Position numbers and translations under genes: made by a program. Below are positions 59,214 through 64,000 of a stretch of DNA of 64,000 nucleotides, piece by piece (the first letter of the stretch is position 1; every line of letters starts with the position of its first letter). This stretch comes from a virus. The notes beneath the pieces are model-generated. The model was not told the DNA's origin. It did no database searches and saw only the letters and a list, made by a program, of their open reading frames with translations. The stretch covers positions 51,070 to 115,069 of the IMG/VR virus record IMGVR_UViG_3300047557_001498; one strand, written 5' to 3'.

Positions 59214-60055
59214 TATTTACTCCAAGATAAATCGTCTATCAAACTGTAATATCTTAACAATGCTGATATGTGGGTTTCTTCAACATTTTTCATATTTTCA
59301 TATGAATCAAGTAAAGTAACCACTTCTGTCAATTTTATTTTCAAAGATTTGTCTTTTACTTTGGACATATTTTGTTTAAATATATTTTTTATGTTTATCG
59401 CTTCAGTCTGTACAAGTGATTTCAGATTGTTAGTATTGCTAACATTTCCAATATATTCTCTTAACAATACTTTTTGTGATTCATTAAAATCGTTATATTT
59501 CTTATTAAATTTTTCAACCATCAATTTTTGTGATAATAAACGAACTTCTTTTGGTTCGCTTGAAATTGTTGTTGATTCATTTAGGGTTGTATTATTCGGC
59601 TTTTCGGTTATATTTTCCATTATTGTTATTTTTGATTTAGTCAATTCTATCGGATTATCCAATTCTTTGTATTCAAAAATCTTGTATATGGATGCAAGTA
59701 ACTTGTAATTTTGAACTTTTGTTTGGAAAAATAAATCTATATCAAAATTGTCCTTAATTGCCTTTATCAGTTGATACTTTTCTTCACTTAACTTTGATTT
59801 ATTCAACCCTCGTCTTGCAGTTATGGCTGCAGATATAAGCATATTAGCTTTTGATTCTGATTTTAACTTTTCATCAGAAAGGGTTTTATACAAAGTATAC
59901 TCCTTGATAAGTTCAGTATTCTTACCAAAGTGTTTTTTTAGTATTTGGATTGCCACGGATTCATTTGAAGAAATAATATCCGATGTTATTTGACGTGTTA
60001 ATAATTCAAATAACATTCCAGTATTTTTAAACTTTGAATGTTTTATTTTTCTCAT
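59213..60055 (-). CDS. Conserved hypothetical head-module protein
   Basis: MRKIKHSKFKNTGMLFELLTRQI; ATATTTAT at 60091-60098. Confidence 0.65.
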   Translation of the reverse strand: MRKIKHSKFKNTGMLFELLTRQITSDIISSNESVAIQILKKHFGKNTELIKEYTLYKTLSDEKLKSESKANMLISAAITARRGLNKSKLSEEKYQLIKAIKDNFDIDLFFQTKVQNYKLLASIYKIFEYKELDNPIELTKSKITIMENITEKPNNTTLNESTTISSEPKEVRLLSQKLMVEKFNKKYNDFNESQKVLLREYIGNVSNTNNLKSLVQTEAINIKNIFKQNMSKVKDKSLKIKLTEVVTLLDSYENMKNVEETHISALLRYYSLIDDLSWSK

Positions 60056-60106
60056 TTTTAATTATACCTGTTAGTGCACACTTACATAGAATAAATATAG
60101 ACAATC

Positions 60107-61987
60107 TCATAATTCATCCAATAAATTGTCCTCATTTAGTAAATTTGGTTCATTTTCTTCGGAAATTTTTGTTGATTTTAGACTTTCCGATATAATTTTT
60201 TTAGTTTTTACCTTAACACCAGCCATATCACTAATCAATCGTTCCATATCTTTTTTCATTTTTTTACTTTCAGTTGATAGTGGACTACTTTTTTTGTAAT
60301 CATGTTTAGATGATTGGTTTACTTTTAATGTATTTCCAACATCCTTTTTACCGATAGGATCTCTGCCAAACGGACTATCATCGGTTGAATATGATAAATT
60401 CTTAGCAGGTCTTCCTGCACCTGGCCAACCTCCTTCTGGAACATCAACATCATTTATCATTTTACCACCACCCTTTACGTGCATACTTGCAATATCATGT
60501 GGTGTTCCAAATGATTCCTTTGTTATTGCAGGATCATTCCCTTCACTTTCGATTTGTGTTTGACGGAACTTGTGTTTAATATCTTCAAGTATTTCATTCT
60601 TTTCAAATTCTGCCTGGTCATCTGTCAGATTGAATATATTAGAATAAATGTATTTCAAAGAGAATAATTTATTTTCAATAAGTTGTGATGCCAAATCAAC
60701 TCTCTCTTTCATAAGAGCAACTTTTTCTTGTTCGTATACAATAGATGGACTTGTTAAATTTAACTCAAAATTAACAAGGTCTGCGTTTTCATATCCTTGT
60801 GAATAAAGATGAACAATAGCAATCTTCGTCAATTCTGATAAAACTATTCTTTGTATTCTCTCTATTGTTCTTGCAAAACGAATATCAAGAGCAGCAAGAG
60901 TTGCCTTCCCTTCTGTTGTTTCATCATATCCCAAAAATGCCTTTGGTATTTTTAACGCAGCAAATATTTTACTTTTAAGATACTCCACATCTTCTATTGC
61001 CTGATATTGTAATCCAGGAAGTGTTTCTATATTTGTTGCAGATTGTGAGCCACGAACAGGAAGATAATAGTCTTCCAAAAGATTTTGCATATTAAAACGA
61101 AGATTATATTGACCAGTCTTTTCATCAACGATTGGTACTTTTTTCATTTTGTTCATCATCGATTGTATGTATTGATCAACTTCACCAGGTGGTATGTTTC
61201 CAATATCAACTTTAAAGACTCTCTTTTCCGGAGCACGCATAATACGATGTATCAACATCGCATCTTCCATAAGAACTAATTGTTTGTAAAGTTTACGAGC
61301 ACCTTCTAACATAGATTTACCATAAGGTAAAAAGTTTGTATCACCCATTAAACGAAAATGTGCAATTTCATAATTTTGAAATTCACCCTTCCCAAGAGGT
61401 CCTTCATAAATAAATTTTGTCATGTAAATATGTTCGGGATCAGTTCCTTCTTCTCTTTGCATTTCATATGGTGAAAAGGGAACAACATTTGTTACACCCA
61501 ATCCCTCTTTCACATCAAGATATAGATAGAAGTCACCATATTTACAAAGATTACGAACCCAAGGCCATAGATTGTATTCTATATTAAGAATATCGTAAAA
61601 AAGATTATGAAGAATTTTACGAATATTATCGTTGTCAGTTCTAATGGTTAGAACATCGCCGGTATCGTTTTTAAGAGTGCTTTCATCGGAATAGATGTCA
61701 AGTGCAGATGAAACAATGGCATCGGTGTCCATTGCTTCATAATCAGTATAAAGGTCTATTTTTGTAGCAGAAAAAGAATTGTATTGATTGTATACGGATA
61801 TTGGGGTTCCTCTTGAACCATGTAATCTTCCATATCTATCAACAACTTTCGATGTATGTGGGTTTCCGTCTGCCTGATAACGGGCTGTATCAACAACCTT
61901 TAATCTTTTACCGCCAACATTTCTTACAACAACATTGGTAGAAAAAAGCGTTTTCAATCTATCAAACAAAGATTTTCTTTCTGCCAT
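60107..61987 (-). CDS. Portal protein (T4 gp20-like)
   Basis: PYGKSMLE, LMEDAMLIHRIMRAPEKRVFKVDIGN, EDYYLP, IETLPG, ALKIPKAFL. Confidence 0.95.
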   Translation of the reverse strand: MAERKSLFDRLKTLFSTNVVVRNVGGKRLKVVDTARYQADGNPHTSKVVDRYGRLHGSRGTPISVYNQYNSFSATKIDLYTDYEAMDTDAIVSSALDIYSDESTLKNDTGDVLTIRTDNDNIRKILHNLFYDILNIEYNLWPWVRNLCKYGDFYLYLDVKEGLGVTNVVPFSPYEMQREEGTDPEHIYMTKFIYEGPLGKGEFQNYEIAHFRLMGDTNFLPYGKSMLEGARKLYKQLVLMEDAMLIHRIMRAPEKRVFKVDIGNIPPGEVDQYIQSMMNKMKKVPIVDEKTGQYNLRFNMQNLLEDYYLPVRGSQSATNIETLPGLQYQAIEDVEYLKSKIFAALKIPKAFLGYDETTEGKATLAALDIRFARTIERIQRIVLSELTKIAIVHLYSQGYENADLVNFELNLTSPSIVYEQEKVALMKERVDLASQLIENKLFSLKYIYSNIFNLTDDQAEFEKNEILEDIKHKFRQTQIESEGNDPAITKESFGTPHDIASMHVKGGGKMINDVDVPEGGWPGAGRPAKNLSYSTDDSPFGRDPIGKKDVGNTLKVNQSSKHDYKKSSPLSTESKKMKKDMERLISDMAGVKVKTKKIISESLKSTKISEENEPNLLNEDNLLDEL

Positions 61988-62045
61988 TTATCACCTATTT
62001 TTAATTATTATACATGAATATAAATATGTTTGAAAAAAATGAAAA

Positions 62046-63632
62046 TTACTTTATTAACCAAGTTAAATCTTCATCATTTCCTCTAACTTGCATAGACCAA
62101 CCATCATCAAATTGATTTTGAGTTGTTGATTGGATTTGACCACCTTTACCGATGTAATCCAAACTCATACGAGTTCTCATCAATCCTTCTTGACGTAATT
62201 TTATTGCAGTATCTCTAACCCAAAGTCCTATTGCAAATGACATAACCAAATCATCGTTATATCCAGTTTGTGCTTCTGCCTTTGAACCATTCCAAACAAA
62301 TACAAAAAGTTCTTCAACTAATCTGGATGATTTTATTATTGGTGATCTTTCACGAAAATAAGTTTCCAATTTAGAAACAAGAAGTGGTCTAGTTTTTGCA
62401 CTTGTTGTAAATCCAGGAACCATTTGTGATTTGTCTTTAATATCATATCCTTTCGGAATATGTACTGATGGATCAATGTACCCATCTTCACGGTAAGTGT
62501 AATATAAATTATGATAACCTCTATCTATCACTTGTTGAATTACCGCCCAACCAACATTGGCATTTTCAATAACTAACATTGCATCGTTATATTCTGTTGC
62601 AACAGATACTAACATATTACCGTATGATTTTGTATCAAGTTTACCCTTATATTCAGCAACTTGTTCCAGATTATCAACATCTATTACATGAAATGCCGAA
62701 TTATCATTTCCATCACCACGAGCAACGTCAGCTACAACAATATATGTCTTTGAAGGATCTGGATATTCCCATATCCAATAAGCATCCTCTGATCCTCTTT
62801 TTTCTTTTGGCTCACACACATAAGTTTCTTGATACCATTGAACCAATTCACCATCAATAACAGAACGACCGGACGATAGAAAGTTTCCATCACATTCTTG
62901 TTTTGCCATATCTGGACCCAAAAGAATATCTTGTTCATCACGCCATTTTTGGTCACGGTCAGGATGAACTTGCCATAATAATTCTATCGGATTAAATGAA
63001 CTTTCACCGAGTTTTGCCTTTACCCATTGTTTGTGATAAAAATTACCGATACCATTTGGTGTAGAGTTTATTATTGCAGTTCCACCAGTTGCAAGTGTTT
63101 GTTGTGCAGATGCCCATATTTTATCTATATCATCAATAAAGGCGGCCTCATCTATAATCAAAAGTGAAAGTGCTTCAGAACGGGCAGAGTCAGCGGCAGC
63201 AGAAACGGCTTTAATTTGTGAACCGTTTTTAAAACGAAGTGAAAGTTTATTATCTTCTTGAACACCAGTCTTTAACCAACTCGGTAGATTGTCATACATA
63301 ACACGAACTTTTGTAACCAAGTTTTTTGCAGTTTCTTGTTTCGTAGCAATAACAAGAATATTTTTATCTTGATTGAATAACATTAACCAAAGTGAATATC
63401 CAGCAATAAGTGTGGAAATACCTAACTGACGAGACTTTAGAACAATGTTCCATCTATTATTGTTAAATTCTTTTAGTACATCTTCTTGAAACGGATATAA
63501 TTCAAAAAGAATTTTGCCACGAGTTGGGTGTTGAATCTTTGCATATCTTTTCATAAAGTAGATAGGATTACTTGCACACTTTGCAAATTCTTCTTTTATT
63601 ATGTCTTTAAGATTTTTAGTAACTTGACTCAT
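62046..63632 (-). CDS. Terminase large subunit (T4 gp17-like); likely start MSQVTK
   Basis: LYPFQ, KSRQLGIST, IIDEAAFI, STPNG, ADVARGDGND, NDDLVMS. Confidence 0.95.
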   Translation of the reverse strand: MSQVTKNLKDIIKEEFAKCASNPIYFMKRYAKIQHPTRGKILFELYPFQEDVLKEFNNNRWNIVLKSRQLGISTLIAGYSLWLMLFNQDKNILVIATKQETAKNLVTKVRVMYDNLPSWLKTGVQEDNKLSLRFKNGSQIKAVSAAADSARSEALSLLIIDEAAFIDDIDKIWASAQQTLATGGTAIINSTPNGIGNFYHKQWVKAKLGESSFNPIELLWQVHPDRDQKWRDEQDILLGPDMAKQECDGNFLSSGRSVIDGELVQWYQETYVCEPKEKRGSEDAYWIWEYPDPSKTYIVVADVARGDGNDNSAFHVIDVDNLEQVAEYKGKLDTKSYGNMLVSVATEYNDAMLVIENANVGWAVIQQVIDRGYHNLYYTYREDGYIDPSVHIPKGYDIKDKSQMVPGFTTSAKTRPLLVSKLETYFRERSPIIKSSRLVEELFVFVWNGSKAEAQTGYNDDLVMSFAIGLWVRDTAIKLRQEGLMRTRMSLDYIGKGGQIQSTTQNQFDDGWSMQVRGNDEDLTWLIK

Positions 63633-64000
63633 TGTACCACTAAAATTATTCCAACAACAGAAGCTGCTCCGGTTAAGAACCATAAAAATTTATTATCGTA
63701 CCAACGTGGTTGTAGTTCTTGATTTATTTTTTCAAGTTCTTCACTTCTTTTTTTACAAGCAGCAAGTGCTTCATCACGGTTTTTTAATTGCTGTATAAAC
63801 ATTTCAGATCTAGAAACATATAAATTTATTACAGTATCTTGCACATTAACAACAGAAGTAAGATATTCGACTGAATCTCGTATGAGTTGAATTTTATTCC
63901 ACAATTTAGTTACTTCGGGTTTTGTAAAACAAATTAGGGAATCTTTTTCGGAAGCAAAGGTCATTGAAAAGGAAAATAATAATGCTATAACGTACTTCAT
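63629..64000 (-). CDS. Exported coiled-coil protein with a C-terminal TM helix (possible spanin-like lysis accessory)
   Basis: N-terminal signal-like segment, heptad-rich middle, C-terminal hydrophobic helix; no lipobox. Confidence 0.45.
   Translation of the reverse strand: MKYVIALLFSFSMTFASEKDSLICFTKPEVTKLWNKIQLIRDSVEYLTSVVNVQDTVINLYVSRSEMFIQQLKNRDEALAACKKRSEELEKINQELQPRWYDNKFLWFLTGAASVVGIILVVQ

Noticed and set aside
7971-62027. Plus-strand TATAAATA read as T4 late promoters driving antisense RNA
   Set aside because: Copies sit consistently just upstream of minus-strand starts and just after minus-strand terminators, which fits sense promoters on the minus strand better; TSS data would be needed to exclude it fully.
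1153-63722. Numerous short plus-strand ORFs and nested minus-strand ORFs
   Set aside because: They lie antisense to or inside well-supported genes, and I saw no recognisable motifs in them.
1-64000. Alternative genetic code (stop-codon reassignment), as in some large Bacteroidota phages
   Set aside because: Core genes are full length under code 11, and coding density is high without readthrough.
1-64000. tRNA or rRNA genes
   Set aside because: Intergenic gaps are short (at most about 135 nt) and AT-rich; I saw no cloverleaf or T-loop signature.

Overview
A 64-kb, AT-rich segment of a large T4-like (far-T4) myovirus genome. Every real gene is on the minus strand, and the standard genetic code fits throughout. 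Reading in transcription order (right to left): terminase, portal, prohead protease, a phage ribosomal protein bS21, scaffold, major capsid, a holin-like GAF protein, PhoH, neck proteins, sheath, tube, an inserted RfbB, a tail-chaperone pair, tape measure, a 2870-aa repeat/OmpA baseplate protein, a hub-like protein and a miniature PolA. A replication module follows: SSB, RecA/UvsX, 5' nuclease, helicase, class II RNR, thioredoxin, PLP enzyme, dUTPase, two DNA methyltransferases, a split PolB and the clamp. TTTG-N19/20-TAnnTT(T/A)G promoters and an Hc1-like gene point to a Bacteroidota-lineage host. Most notable: (1) PolB is split around a glycosyltransferase gene, and the new ends look like a non-splicing half-intein docking pair; (2) the phage bS21 lacks the Tyr that sequesters the anti-SD in Bacteroidia, while many phage genes carry clear SD motifs; (3) a recurring ATATTTAT late-promoter motif marks islands of genes that share a capsid-targeting-like N-terminal tag; (4) a probable +1/-2 frameshift links the tail chaperones. 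All product calls come from motif recognition by eye; no database searches were run.
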